Positions 1 to 13,432 are shown, counted from the stretch's first letter. The stretch: DNA of 64,000 nt from Glaucostegus cemiculus (GCA_976551045.1 CDPCPM010000045.1:18476001-18540000); one strand, 5' to 3'. Translations and numbers: made by a program. Notes: a model not told the origin generated them from the sequence alone.

Positions 1-117
1 ACAGTTCATCTATGTTGACCAAGCTGCCCACCCGAGCTAGTCCCATTTGCCTGCATTTGGCCCATACCCCTCTAAACCTTTCCTATCCATGTACTTGTCC
101 AAATGTCTCTTAAGGTC
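1..117 (-). mobile_element. CR1 LINE 3' end fragment (runs off window)
   Basis: Minus strand translates to KRHLDKYMDRKGLEGYGPNAGKWD, the ORF2 C-terminus shared with the CR1 copies at 46140-46340 and 54952-55100. Confidence 0.8.
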
Positions 118-149
118 GGCATCAGTCAGGTTTTGTTCTTTTTCTACTT

Positions 150-425
150 TATTGGACCATTTAAAAGTCAACCACATTACTTCAGGTCTGGAGTCACACA
201 TAGTCCAGGCTGGGTGAAGACAGCAGATTTGCTCCCCGAAGGTCATTAGACATGTTTTAAGAACAATCGGTCAATTTCTGTTATTTTTTAAACTTGCTAT
301 TTTTAAATTTCAGCTTTTTAACTGTCAAATTCTACAGTTGCTATTGTGGGATTCAAATCTATGTATCTGGATTGTCAGTCAAGGCCTGTGGGATAATAAT
401 CTGGTTACTTTAACCACTGATTCAC
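150..425 (-). mobile_element. Degenerate SINE-like repeat
   Basis: The segment 'caaccacattacttcaggtctggagtcacacatagtccaggctgggtgaagacagcagatttgc' recurs in diverged form at about 25860-25980 and 34860-34920. A reverse B-box-like 'gggattcaaa' lies at about 348. Confidence 0.45.
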
Positions 426-529
426 CATCATACACCTATCAGCTCAGCTCAGTCATCGAACGCCAGTCAGAAAGTTCCACACTACAATACTAAAACAAGT
501 GTGTGGTTTTATGAGATCAAGGAATTCTC

Positions 530-1790
530 TCTATATTGGAAAGAAAATATGCTAGTAATGTTCATCAGGTCAAGCAGCAAACTTACAAAGAGAAAACCAG
601 AATTAACATTTCAGGTTGATGATCTTTCATTACAACGAGGCAAGGTTAGAAAAGAACCATGTTTTAAGTTGCAGAGAAGGAAAGGGAGAGAATGGATAGT
701 GTGTGTGGATGAAAAAAGAATGAAGCAGAGAGTGGTACTGACTGAGAGAGGGTGGGGAAGGCTTGTTCATTGCAGTTGATCTGTCTGAATGAAGGAAGTG
801 TAGAAATGAATGCAGACAGAGCAGGAAAAAAAACTGCTGGAACTGAGAGACAGAAATAACTGTAGATGCTGGAAATCTGAAAAAGAAGAGAATGTGGGAA
901 GTACCCAGCGGGTCTGGCATCAACTATGAAGAGATAAAAACTGAGCTAATGATACATGCAGGTGGATGACCTTTCATCAGAACTGGACAGTTCTGACACA
1001 GATTCAGAAGGCTGGTTATCTGAAATTGTTGAGTTCAATATTGAGTACTAAGGGTTGCAAAATGCTTAGTTGGACTATAAAATGTTGATCCTTGAGATCA
1101 ATTGGGCTCTATTGGAACAGTGCAAGAGACCAAAGGGAAAGAAATCAGGGTGGGAGCGGTTAGAGAATTAAAGTGACAGGCAACTGGAAGGTCAGGGTCA
1201 CCAGTGCAGACTGAACATAAGTGTTCTGCAAAGCTGGGTTTGGTTTCACTGATGTATTGGAGACCACATCGTGAGCGCCATGTGCAATTTCACTAAATTG
1301 GAAGAAATACAAATGGTTCATTGCTTCACCTCAAGGGAGCACTTGGCTCTCTGGATGGTGTTGAATCTCCTGCAGATGCATGCAAGGTGTTGTAAGAAAG
1401 GGAGTGAATGTTGGTGGGATGGAAGAGTGGACGTAGCAGTTACATTATGGTCCCTTCAGAATGCAAGGAGTGGAAGGGAAGGTGGTGACATCACATTGAA
1501 CTTATGGAGGATGATCTGCTTAATGTGAAGGCTGCTGGGGTGGAAAGTGGGGACAACAAGAACCCTATACTTGCCCTGGGTAGGAGAGGGAATAAGATAA
1601 GAAATTCAGCAAATGGAATGGATATAATTGAGAACCCTATTAACTATGGTGAAGGGAAAGCAGCAGTTGGGACAAAAAAAAAGCAGCAATTAACAATAGA
1701 AGGAAATATGGCCTGTACCATCATCAGAAGAGATACAATGGGGCCAGAGAAGCTGTTCCTATTGCTTGGTTATCATTTATCTCATCAATG
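530..1790 (-). mobile_element. Decayed Penelope-like element: GIY-YIG endonuclease remnant plus two tandem terminal repeats
   Basis: The reverse complement of about 1240-1276 reads S-R-C-G-L-Q-Y-I-S-E-T (CxxC..YIGET motif), followed by FAEHL..V..GDPDLPVACHFNS-like residues. Terminal-repeat copies lie at about 540-635 and 855-990. Confidence 0.75.
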
Positions 1791-2479
1791 AAACAAATTT
1801 ATAACTCAGTTGTCTCTTTTCTGTCTGCAGATGTTTGTGTTACATGGGTTGAATGCTTTGTTTTAAAAATAATTAACAGAAAATGGATGATTTTGAGGTA
1901 TTCTCAAGATAATAAAGGAGCCATGTTAAATATAAATTATTTATTTCTCAGTTTGCTGTCATTAAGGACCTGTGGTGCAAGTTGAAAATTTCTGCATTAA
2001 AATGCCCAGAACACAAGTAACCCAATCTGATCTCGTCCTAGCAGCACCCCTCATTAGTGTGCCAACATGCTGTGGTATGAAAGAATAAAACATAAGATTT
2101 CACCTGCATTTCCCCCTATGGGAGACATCTATGTTTGCCTTCGAGAGGGGCTAATTCCCTAGAGGTATAGAGGTCAAGAGTAAATTACATCATTGCCATT
2201 TTTCCTATTTTACTTCCAACAGCAAAGTCTAAATTGGCATTTAGAGATCAAATCCCTTGGTCAGCAAATTGCATGGAGAAAAGAAAACATTAAGAAGTTT
2301 CCTTTTTAACTGTGGGGTGGGGGCAGTGTGGGAAAGAAGTAATTTATATTACATGAACTTTTAAATCAACAAATTTTAACATAACACATGATATTAAAAT
2401 CTCAAGTGGCCTGGTGTATTGTCACATGATCCCTATGCTACTGTATATATATTTCAGAAAATTTATAATACAAAGAGGA

Positions 2480-3700
2480 AGGGCCATCATGTCCATACTG
2501 GTCAAGGAAGAGCTGCCCAGCCTATTCCCACCTTCCAGCACCAGTGTATAGCCCTGCAGAGCACAATTACTGAAGCAAACATCCAAGTATTTTTAAAACA
2601 CAATCAGGGTTTCTGCCTGTACCATCCTTCCTAGTGGCATATCAACTACCACCCTCCAGGTGGAAATTAATTTTCCCCATCTCACCACTGACTCTTCCAC
2701 CTTGAATCATTGTTGTGTGCACCTCAATTAAATCTCACTTCAGATTTTATTCCTAAGAAAGCCATTCCAGCCTATCTAATCTTCCCTCATAGCTACAATT
2801 TTATAATCCTGGTCGCATTCTCATAAATCTCCCCTGTATTGTCTCTAGTGCAATCATACCTTATTTATAATATTATAAACAAGGTATGATTGCACTGGAG
2901 TAAATGTATGTAGTGTTCAAGTTGTGGTCTACCTAGGGCTGTATGCATTTCACACTTGTGCTCCTTAACAGAACCTCAGTATCATCCCCCACTTTTGCGA
3001 GGACAACTGCAAAACACTCATTAAGAACTTACCCAATCCTTGGTCTCCACACTAGCTACCCTAGTAGCTTCTACACTTTCTGATTGTATTTTATGTTTTT
3101 ATAAATGATCTCTTGGATTTTCTTCTATTTTACTTGCCTGTATTTATATTTCATACCAGCTCTTTGCTTTTCAAATTTCCCCTATAATTGCACTTTCTAC
3201 ACTGGTCTAGGCTACCTACTTGTGTTAAATGTGCTTTCCTTTATTGCCTTACCTTACTCTCTTCACCTTGCTGTCCAGGGACACCAGATTTCACAAAAGC
3301 TGCTTTTTTTCTTTGTGGGGAAAATGAGTCTTAATATCTTTCATTACTCTGTGACTGATCTACTCTCCATTAGCTATTTCCATTTCACTTGGACTAAATC
3401 ACTTTTTCAGCCTTGTAAAACCAGCCTTAACCCAATTTAGAACTTTTACTCCCATTTCATCTTTGGTCTTTTCCTCAGCCATGCCAAGTCCAAATGAATT
3501 AAAATCACTGCTGCAGAACTGCTCTCCCACTGATACTCCTTCCATCTGCCCAAGTCATTCCCTAAACTAAATCCAGAACTGCCCTCTCAGGTTTGGGCTT
3601 GCCACATGCTGGCTGGAAGCGTTCTCCTGAGGAATTCTGTGTCCCCTACCTTTTTTCAATGTACTGACTATCGCTGTTAATACTGGGATAACGGGTGTCC
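2480..3700 (-). mobile_element. Highly decayed CR1-like LINE fragments
   Basis: Patchy similarity to the minus-strand CR1 at 54952-58672 (e.g. 'ccagcctatctaatcttccctcatagctacaattttataatcctggtcgcattctcataaatct'). No intact ORF. Confidence 0.55.
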
Positions 3701-3799
3701 CCACTTGTCTGCTTGTGTCAGGAATTCGACTGCAACTCAGTAGTGTCTCACTGGGAATAGTTGGACATCCGCGGTGCACTCCCAACTATGTAATTAACA

Positions 3800-3835
3800 C
3801 CCCACCCCACCCTACCCTACCCTACCCTACCCTCC
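3800..3835. repeat. (CCCCA/CCCTA)n simple repeat; G-rich on the minus strand
   Basis: Read directly: ccccaccccaccctaccctaccctaccctaccctcc. Confidence 0.9.
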
Positions 3836-5139
3836 AATGATTCTTCCATTTAACTCATAGAGCCGCATTGGACGAACATAGTGTGAACCCGGTATCTGCG
3901 ACTGTTTCTTTAACCAGTGTTGCTATCCTCTTCTTTTTATCCCCCTTGAATACCCTGTAACAAAGAACATCCAGCTGCTAGCCCTGCTCCTGTGAGTCAC
4001 CTTCCATAATAGTTAAATCATCACAAGGTAACCTCCCCAAACTGATGAATTCGGTAGAATTCTGCGCTAAATGCCACTCAATGATTATTCAGACTTGTAA
4101 TTCGGAATTCGATTAATAACGTGATATTTCATGTATTATAAGTACAACAATAGCAATGGAATATCGGGACTTTTTTTTGAAACGGGAAATGTATTTTCAC
4201 TCACCTGTGGGCGGGGTGATTGTTAAGCAAATCATTCTCCCCGCCCCATCAGTCAAAAGTAACGTAAAGTTTGTTTTATTTAAAGCTATGCTTAATATAA
4301 TCGCTGACATTACTCAATACAGCAATCTGTGGAAATTGCTCGAAAATCATAATAGGCTCCAGACTGCACATACCTGCTCCATTCAATGAATCCCACTGTG
4401 CCAACGCATTCTTATTCATTTAAGTCCAAGTATAACGCTAAAGTGCAATACATTAATCAAAGCATGTCCCTCCAATTAGTCTTTGTTTTTGCTACCAGAT
4501 TAAAGTAGTCAATATGGAATCAAGTGGAAATTAAATCTCTTCCATCTCCCTTGTCTTTACCTGGATGTTCTTCATAAATTGTGCAAGTTCGGCTTTTCAT
4601 ACAGTAGGCACAATTTATAATGTAAATCACACTTTAGGTACAATTTATAAACCAGACTATTAATTTTCGTCAAGTTATTATTCAACTGCGCGGGTATTTA
4701 AGTTGACGTTTAAAGCTTAACGGTGTTTAAATAACCAAGTAAATAAATAGAGAAGATAAAGTATCTGTAGAGTGAAGAAAGGGTGACATTCTGCAGTCTT
4801 CGGTGCTCAGCTGTCTATTCGCTTTCTTGATGCTAACAAGCTTCCTACGCACCAACATTTACCACAATTGCCAGAAATGCTTGAGAGGAGAACCTGTGGT
4901 TTTCTTTTTTGTTTTGTTAATAGAAGTTCAGCGAAGCTCCTCAACGAGTTTGTCGTAACGTCCTTTCTGTTAGTCTATGTTGAAGGGCTCTTTGAACTCC
5001 CCTCAATTCTTACATTGTACAAGACATCGGCACGCTCGATTTCGCAAGTTACGGCCTTTTTAAAATATGGAAGTGTAAAGAGTTTAAATAAAGCCCCATA
5101 ATTGTAAGGCGGGACCATCGCAGAAGTGACTTGTGAACC

Positions 5140-5270
5140 GTTGAAACATTGGAACTCTTTGGACACTTGTGGATGCCCAGGTTTTAACATCTCCACATCG
5201 TTCTTTCCAAGTGAATCGGTGTGGGAAGAAGGGGCTGTTCCTGGGCTGTACTGTTCTATGTTCTATAACC
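5140..5270 (+). mobile_element. CR1 3' tail fragment
   Basis: Ends 'gaaggggctgttcctgggctgtactgttctatgttcta', matching the other CR1 tails in the window. Confidence 0.55.
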
Positions 5271-8200
5271 TGGTCAGTGACAATCGTGAGGCCAAGTCCT
5301 GAACTATAGCCCCAACCCGAACCCACGGCCCCCGAGATCCTACATCCTCTCTTTACCTTTAAAATTACAGTAGATTATATCAGGAGTATAAATCTAATCT
5401 TAAAAGAGGTTTGATCGACCGACCTCACCCTTACCCTTTACCCTCCACCCTCACCCATGCAAGTGCAGCATGAAGATCATAGCTTCGGTCACATCAATAC
5501 TTAAACGCACTGGGTAGAGATCTGCCGCGGCATTTACCAGCTTTTCTGTACGAAACATCGGATGCGGTGAATGTTCTCACTACTAATCACAGTAACACGA
5601 TACCTCCCGCAGGCGTCCGACAGGGGGATAAACAATTGACTTTTTATATATATATATTAGTTGGAACCTGCCGATTCTGTTACACAATATAACTTTACAG
5701 TTTATTTAAGTGCTCTTCAAACTTTAGATTTATACTGGCAGCGAGCTCCTAAAAAAAGTGAATGGCACGGTTTAACAAAAAAGCTGGAAACAAGTAGTAT
5801 TCCGCTTTAAGTAAGCGTGTGATAAATCCTGTCTATCACAGTAACCATCTCAGTACACCTTCTGTTCTCCTCATGCCAGACCGTTCCATGTCAATGAAGG
5901 CTTTAAATACATTCTCTCCCTGGTTATCTTATCAAGAGCTTCCGTTTTGCGTGTTACCGCACCGAGTTGCATTGAGCTGCTTATCCAGATAAAGTTATAG
6001 AATAGTATGAACCGTGCAATTAACTCCTGCCGTTTATTGCTAAACTCGTTCCAGCTGCAAACAAAAACGGCGGCGCGCCCGGGTAATCCGCATCGCGTGC
6101 ATGTGTGTGAGATTGAAACAAATTTTGGGACTTGGCAGATGAGGCTATGGAGAAATTGCAATTCATTTTGTTAACAACGGCTCTAAAAAAACATCTACTG
6201 AACGCAAAAGAGAGCCTTCGATATAAATACAGCTTGGTTTCATCCACTCCTGTTCGAGTTCAAGGTTTAATTTTGCACACATGAGTAAACCGGCTTTGCA
6301 GATCTCCTTGAGCACCGCTGGTAAATTGTTCCTGTGGAGCTCGAACGGTTTTCATTTAGTTCTGTGATAAAATGTAGCTTAATAAATCCGTAAAATAAAC
6401 TCGATTTGCATTTAATTGATGCATGTTTTTTTGTTGTTGAACCACAACCAATCCCATTACTGGAGTTAAATCACTTAACCGCAAACATTGTCCGACTTCC
6501 AGTTCAGACCACAGTTCGCACTACCTCCTGTTCAGTTGGAGAGATTCCCCCACATCAAGTTTCTCGACTGACGACGGCTTGGTTACGTGACATTTCTTTT
6601 ATTAGAATGTCTCACCAGTGTGACAAAGGGGAAAGTTTTCTTGTTCTATTTAACCAGACTTGATTAGAAGCCCCTAGTAATGAAAAATATTATCATCAGT
6701 TAAAAGGCATTTAAAAAATAAAAATACAAAGCCAACCCAATGGAGGTTGGTACCCTCCAGACGGACGGGCTGGAACCTCAGCTCGCCAAATAAACAGAGC
6801 CTCCTTAAATTGCCTTTCACAAAACTTTTTTTTGTACCTGAAGGCAAAACACTGTGATGAAAGATTTATCGTTTTTACAGATCATTCATAAAAGTATGCG
6901 TCAAATTTCTGCATTCGCGAGGAACGCATTTATTTCAACCCTTCATGCCCGTGTTAGTTGAGATTAACGTAATAAAACTAGGATTGAAAACGAGGAACTG
7001 AATTCGAATAGGTTGCTTTGTGTGCGTAGTCCGGCTGCGCCTAAATCTGAGTGTTTCACACAATTCACCGGCAGGGGCCACGGGGTGGTTTTAAAACCGC
7101 TAGGATAGGATCAGTCAAAACAAGGAGCACAGCGAGTAGACACTGGAGGTAATAGGCGAGGCTGTGATGACAGTGAGCAGTGTCACCGTGTTTGATCTGA
7201 TTCCTCCCACGACTTTATACTTTGTTAATTACACCGTTGCAACTCTTTCTTGGGACATTTAAACTTTCAGATCTCGAAACGGCTGAGATCCCCAGGATTA
7301 CGAAAAACGTTATCTCCCAGTTTTTAACTGTGACCCCGTAACTCACGAGTGATATTCCACAGCCCTTTTGCAAATGTTCCGAATATACGTTTCCCCCTTA
7401 GCGACTAAGCAATTCCGAAGCCATGCATTTGCTCGGACGCGCCTCTTACACAAACGCATTTGTAAATATGTCAATGTAGTTAAACTCTCCCGTGCGTCTG
7501 TTCGAGCTGACTGGCGATTGTAACCCTGTGAGTGGAAAAGGGATGGTGGAGATTAGACATTTCCTTTGCTTTTTTTTCAAACGTTGACCAGTCCCCTCTG
7601 CGATTAAAATATTTCTGTTTTTGTTTCTAACATTTCTAAGTCGGGTTGTATAACACTTGTGTTTACAATTACTCCACCGAGTTGCTGACAGGCAAATAAC
7701 ATTATCGCTGTGTTCAGTCAGTGCACAGACCCCAGCCCTACGGGAAACTCAAGGCATTTCTTCGTCCATCTTTTTGGCAGCAGGACGAATCCAGTGAAAT
7801 AACACTCTGTAAAAGGGCAAGTTGACGTTAACTCTTGTAGTCAACACTTGGTGTATTCAGGAATATTCCCACATCGCATCATTTTCAGCAGTGCCGCCGG
7901 GATTGTAAACACAAGCCTTTTATTAAGTGGATTGTGAAATTTCTTCTAGGTTCTGGTCACTTTTCAGCACGGAGATTGAATTCTAAGGTTACCTTAATAC
8001 CGTCCCCAGCGTAAACAATTTACTCACCATATTTAATGTCAAAATCTGATCAAGTCCCATAGAACGCCGCAATATTGTCAGTCTTGATCCAATATTTAGT
8101 TTCCTTCAATCTTAATTGCCCGATAGTAGTTTTTTTAAAAATTGATTTAATAAATGAAATAGCAAGTAATCATCACTATAGTATATGGTGAAATAAGCAG

Positions 8201-8942
8201 TGTTGATCCAATGTACGCAGTTTCGATGTTATATATTAGGTAGACAGTTCCCTGATCAAAAAAGAAGGGAATCGACTTCTAATACATAAACCTACATCTG
8301 ACAGGTTTCTAATTCATCCGTGCGTCTTCTGTGCAGATTCTAACTGTTGCTGAAAGCCTTGAGTTTTACCTATGGTCTTATTTCTTGAGAGTCCAATTTT
8401 CTAGCAAAGGAATCGATCTAATCGTAACAGCATCCAGTTGTTCAACGTATTTGGGAGAGCCCCGTCAATCCGCAAGGTGTGTGCTATAATAATTACATGA
8501 AAAAATACAGTTGCAACAAAATCCCGTTTATGTATTTGAGTCAATTCATATAATTAAAATTACTTTTCCGAATACACACATTCGATCCTTTACATTTTAC
8601 TACAGATTTGCACGGTTTTTTAATTAAACTAAATAATCTAAGCATGTGAGCAATATAGAATTATGAATGGAAATATGAGTAATACAGGTTATGAAGGCTT
8701 CTTAAAAAGACAAAATAACATCATTGAAGGTCTGTGAGCAACTGACTGAGAAGTGAGCAGTCCACTCCCGTCATCGAAGAGAACATTTGGGTTATCAGCA
8801 ATGTTCGAAAACGTTAATGGACACTTCAAGTCACTGACAAACATATTATCAGTGCTACACTTGTTAGAGAAAAATAAAGCGAAAATGTACCAGGTCACTT
8901 TATTTAGAACGGAAATGTTATTGCTGGAAGTGAATAAGCGCG

Positions 8943-8952
8943 CTATATTTAG
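8943..8952 (+). promoter_or_regulatory. MEF2-consensus / TATA-like element in the candidate MKX core promoter
   Basis: CTATATTTAG is an exact match to CTA(A/T)4TAG. It is flanked by GCGCG and precedes a GC-rich stretch with a donor-like CAG|GTAAAG at 9269/9270. Confidence 0.35.
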
Positions 8953-10804
8953 GAGCGGCAGAAACAGAATGGTGTAACGCAGGCAGAGCCAGCCTCTCGC
9001 TGTGCTGCCCGGGAACATGTGTAATGCATTCAGTCTATGTTCACAGACTAGGCAGCGCAGCTGGGAAACATGGGCGACGCTGTTTATTCAGGTTCCGGGG
9101 TAGGGCTGTCATCAGGGTAAATAGAAGAGAGGCGAGCGTGGTTCGTGCGGTTTCAGATCAGTCTGACTGACAGCGATGTGAAATGGGAATGCTAGTTCAC
9201 ACAGGAGCTGGATTACTTCTCGTCCTTATCGCTTTACTGCACTAACCGGATCCTTCCAGCGAAAGGCAGGTAAAGTCAACCTTCCTCTGCTCTCGGCTGG
9301 TGTTTGTCGGGAGAGTAAATATTCATGACAAAGTGGGCAGTCAACACACGCATGCTTGTTCTCTGTAGAATGCGATGGGGCTTTAGAGAGCACTTCGGAA
9401 ACATGGTGCACTTTACAAAGTTGATCTGAAGCAGGGAAATGCCGGGGTTGGGTGGTGGGTGGTTGCGGTAACGGGGTCGGCGAATGGAAGGGGCTGGCAA
9501 ATTGTTCTCTGGATCACGAATCAGGCACCGGAGATTGTTCACTCGAAGCTCTCGGACCGGCCGGCTGATCAGCGGGCTCGCTTGCGGGTAACGTGATAAC
9601 GGATTAGGCATAGACCACTCAAATCCACAGGGAAAAGAATAGCCTTTAAAACGTCCGCTGCAGTTTGGGAGGCTCACCACATATCCACGGCCACTCTGTT
9701 CCCCTAATGTGTTTTGATGTTTCCTGTCCATCCAAAGCCCGTTATGATTAGAGAAATTAGTTTACTAGAGCAAACTCGGATGAAAAGTGGGTGTGGGTGG
9801 CTCGAAGGGGGTGCAGATAAAATGCAGGCTGTGGAACAACGGGACCATTATCTGATCTTCAAGAAGGCAGACACGTGTCGGGTCTCCCCTCGCTGTCTAG
9901 AAGCTAATCCTCCAGGCGCTCAGAGAGGGCTAGAATTCACTGGCTACAATGGTGGACGATGCAAAAACACCCCTCCTCCTCACCAACTCAGTGGCTGATG
10001 CACTTTGAGTGTGATATTGCTTAGCTTCATCCAGATGTTCTTATCTAACCATCTGCTCTGAATAGAAGCTCTGTCTGAATCAGCCCCGCGTTCCCTTCTA
10101 ACACAAACGTAAGAAACATTAATCATTAGAAGAGTTTCTATTCCTACGTCTACAAGGCACGCGTTGTCCTTCAAACCGGCCAGCGGCAGATGTGCGGGGA
10201 CCAAACTGTTTACTTCAAACCCTTGGACATCTACCTGTTTTTTTTCAAAGTTCAGTTTTCACCGCATTGTTGGTCTTTTGCGGTAAAGAGAATAAAGGTG
10301 CGGTGTAAATCTTTCTCAAGATTGTTGTTTTAACAAGTTGCTTTAGTTAACTCGGCACACGTGTTTACTCTAATGCTGAATTTGACCCATTCAGAGGCTG
10401 CCTCTCAGTTCGCCTTTGGACTGGTGATAATTGTTTCAATTGTTCCAGTTTGGATGGGATAAAGGTTTGATCTGAGCCTGCGGAATTCAGCGGACGAAAG
10501 TCCGCCCGATTAATAAGATGCACCATCCGGTAGACCGTTTCATCTGCAAATTTATTTTCGCTTTGTGAATAATGCCTACATGAGGTTTGTAAACAAGGCG
10601 GCGTAGAAACACATACTCTCATCTGCCGGAGCAAATGAATAAGAAGGCCATTCACTCTGCGTGTTTCATTCTATCCTTGGCACTCGGCCGGCCCCTTCCT
10701 TTGTTCACAGAGTGTTATTTCGCCTTCATTTACGTGCCAGTTTGCGCCCTTTGATTTTTAAAGTAATCTCCGTTATTTTATTTTTGAAATATTTTTGCCT
10801 TCAG

Positions 10805-10861
10805 TGAATCAGGGTCGGTCTTCCATCCATTAGCCGGAATAGACGGAATACACGCATAAAG
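10805..10861 (+). other. MKX: 5' UTR part of the first coding exon of MKX
   Basis: Polypyrimidine tract and acceptor 'atttttgccttcag' end at 10804. There is no upstream ATG before 10862, and the context aaagATG has A at -3. This implies an upstream non-coding exon. Confidence 0.7.
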
Positions 10862-11040
10862 ATGAACACCATCGTTTTTAATAAATTTGCCAACCAAGTT
10901 ATTTTCGAAGAAAAGGCGAACGAGGTGGAGAGGAACAGCAGAACGTACATCGAAGTTATGGAAGAGCAGCACCGGGAGCTAATGATGCCGGACAGTCCCT
11001 CGAGCAGAAGCCAACGGGGTCTGCGACACAGGAGGTCAGG
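10862..11040 (+). CDS. MKX: Mohawk homeobox, coding exon 1 (MNTIVFNKFANQVIFEE...GLRHRRSG)
   Basis: MNTIVFNK and GLRHRR match the vertebrate MKX N-terminus. Donor GG|gtatga; 179 nt; phase 2. Confidence 0.96.
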
Positions 11041-12699
11041 GTATGACCATCTTTTTAATGTAAGATCTATATTAGCTTTTAACGAGCTCCAGAAATGTTA
11101 GAGTGAGGGAACGGCGACTGAGCAACACACTGACAATGGCGAAGTGGAGTTTGTGTTTTGGTGGCAAGCTCCATTTCCGTACCTCGATGTTGTTGTAAAT
11201 GCTTCCCCTTTCCCGGACTAAGACGCAATGTGTTGTGTAGGGAAGGTTATGGTAAACTGTGTCCATTATCCAGCTGTCCTGTTGTACTTAGATGACTGTG
11301 TACATGAAATGTTAAACTTCATTTATTTTTCAAATTTACTGCTTCAGCATATTTGACAATTGTGTGAAATTATGTACTTGGGAATGTGTTTGCGAGTTTC
11401 TGGTTAGTCTACAGATGTAATAACGATTTAAGCACGTAAACTGTCAGAATTAGTTGTATTCTAAATAACAGCCTAATAGTCAACTGCAATTTACCTCCCC
11501 TTTAAAAGCTCACGGAACTGAATGCGTAAAGTCGTGTTCACGACTCATTGCATAAAACATGCTAAGAAGAGGAATAAAATGGAAGATTGCACCTAGCCAT
11601 GACATTTTAACATTTTTTTCAAAACTCGTGTAGCTTTTCCACAGTGGTTGACCACGAACGTAAACAGCATTCCCTGCGTGGTACTGTAAAATCTTTAAAC
11701 AATTCAAGAAAGAGGAGATATATAAGCACACGCAAGTTTGCAAATTAATGTTATGACATTCTTTCTTTTACAGGTTTGTGCCTGTTATATATATTTCAAT
11801 TCCAACGAAAGTGCAAATCAAATCTAAATGACCTCTTCTTAAATCAAAAGATTCGTTGACTATTGTTATGGATTCCAAGAGAATTTGTATTTTGTTTTTA
11901 TAGCTCATCAGCTTCTTGTTTTAACTTTCATGTCAAAAGCAAGTAGAATTCCACTACCCACAAGCTGCCCACGTTACTTTTGCAATGGTGAGACCTTGTA
12001 AGGTTATAAAGACAATTGATGACAGTTGCTTTGGGACCACAGATGTGCAGTGCGAAAAGTTAGTAAAAGTCTGGCTGTGTTCAGAGGGATGTGTTTCTCA
12101 GATCAACCATCACAGCCAGGTCACAACACAATGATCAACAGCAAATGGACATCCTGCCTGAAGATTCGCAGCGACATCTACAGGTCTCAGCTCGAATGCA
12201 GAGTCACATTTCCTCCAGCAATGGAGGCTCTTCAGTCTCCCTATTGATCACATGCACCCATACAAACGCACTGCGCGTAGTAAAACGTGCCCAAAACCAC
12301 TTATTGATCTAGATATGATATTTATCCCCCAATCAACGATTCACGATGCACAAAGTATCTATTCAGGCATTGTTGTGGCTGCAGCAGTGCTTTCAACACA
12401 ACAAAGATTATATTTCAAATATACTTAAACTACATCTAATTTCAGAGGTCCTTAAGTTGTGAAAGACACCATTTATACAACACAGTATGCAAAGGACTAT
12501 CACCGCACAGAAACAGCCGTTCTGTACCTTCCAAGAGACGTGGATTGACTCATTTAACAAGACTTATCACGTCTTGAGAATCTTCCCAACTACACCGGCT
12601 GTAATGAAAACATTTGAATTACTTTATCGTCATAAGTCGCAATAAACAACATAAGCCCATGATACGTAGATACTGATCCCAGCGACCCTAGAAGTTAAC

Positions 12700-12825
12700 A
12701 TTAAACGCAGGGTCTCCGACCCGGAATGTCGATTCTGTTTCTCCTCCCGCAGACGCCGCCTGTCCTGCTCGGTGTCTGCAGCTTTTCTCGTTTTATTTTA
12801 GATTTCCAGCATCTGCAGTTTTTCT
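12700..12825 (+). mobile_element. Penelope-type terminal repeat fragment with a decayed hammerhead motif
   Basis: GGGTC-TCC-GACCC stem, then 'ctgtttctcctcccgcagacgccgcctg...agatttccagcatctgcag', the reverse complement of the repeats at 855-990 and 54262-54392. Confidence 0.7.
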
Positions 12826-13179
12826 TTAATTTCAATAAACATTATTGTCTGTTTTTTGGGGTCGTCTAATGCAGCGAAATCTATTTTTTTTTGTCTGGAC
12901 GAAAGTATTCGAAAAATACTAAACATCTTCACAATAAACTAGGTCCGATTTGCGTCTATTTTGTAGATTAAAGTGAAAATGTGGTGATTTGGGATTTTCT
13001 GTTCGCTCTGACACTCGGGGAATTTGGATCAAATCTGACGTAAAAAAAGAAAGGTTGGTTAGTATTTTGCTTCACAAGTGTTGAGATTTAAACATAGTGG
13101 GATGGCGGGCTTTCAAAGTGCTATTTCGGGCCTTTGACCCAGCACCTCACTTTGACACATAATGATTGATAGAAAAGCA

Positions 13180-13425
13180 AACCAGAAAACTGCAAACGCT
13201 GGAACTCTGAAACAAATCAGAAAATGCTGCAAATACTCAACGGACCACGCACCTGGAAATTCTACATACACTTTCATGTGGAAATAGAGACACAGGAGAC
13301 TGCAGATACTGGAATCTGGAGCAAATAAAAACCAAGCTGGCAGAAGGACTCAGCGAGTCAGGCAGCATCTGCGGAGGGGAAAGGACAGTCCGACGTTTCG
13401 GGTCGAGACCTTTCATCTGGATTCA
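13180..13425 (-). mobile_element. Penelope-type terminal repeat copies (partial at 13180-13245, fuller at 13287-13425)
   Basis: 'actgcagatactggaatctggagc...tcaggcagcatctgcggag...gacgtttcgggtcgagacctttcatctgg'. The reverse complement contains CAGATGA-AAGGTCTCGACCC-GAAACGTC. Confidence 0.75.
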
Positions 13426-13432
13426 GGTGGAA

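Noticed and set aside
3800-3835. Interstitial telomeric repeat
   Set aside because: The unit is CCCTA (TAGGG), not the vertebrate CCCTAA.
9276-9731. 151-aa minus-strand ORF in the promoter region
   Set aside because: Pro/Arg-rich, as expected from GC-rich DNA; no homology recognised. An antisense non-coding RNA cannot be excluded.
13387-13424. Claim of an active hammerhead ribozyme
   Set aside because: The core reads CAGAUGA rather than CUGAUGA, and stems I and II have mismatches. All copies in the window are defective, so only the family-level motif is reported.
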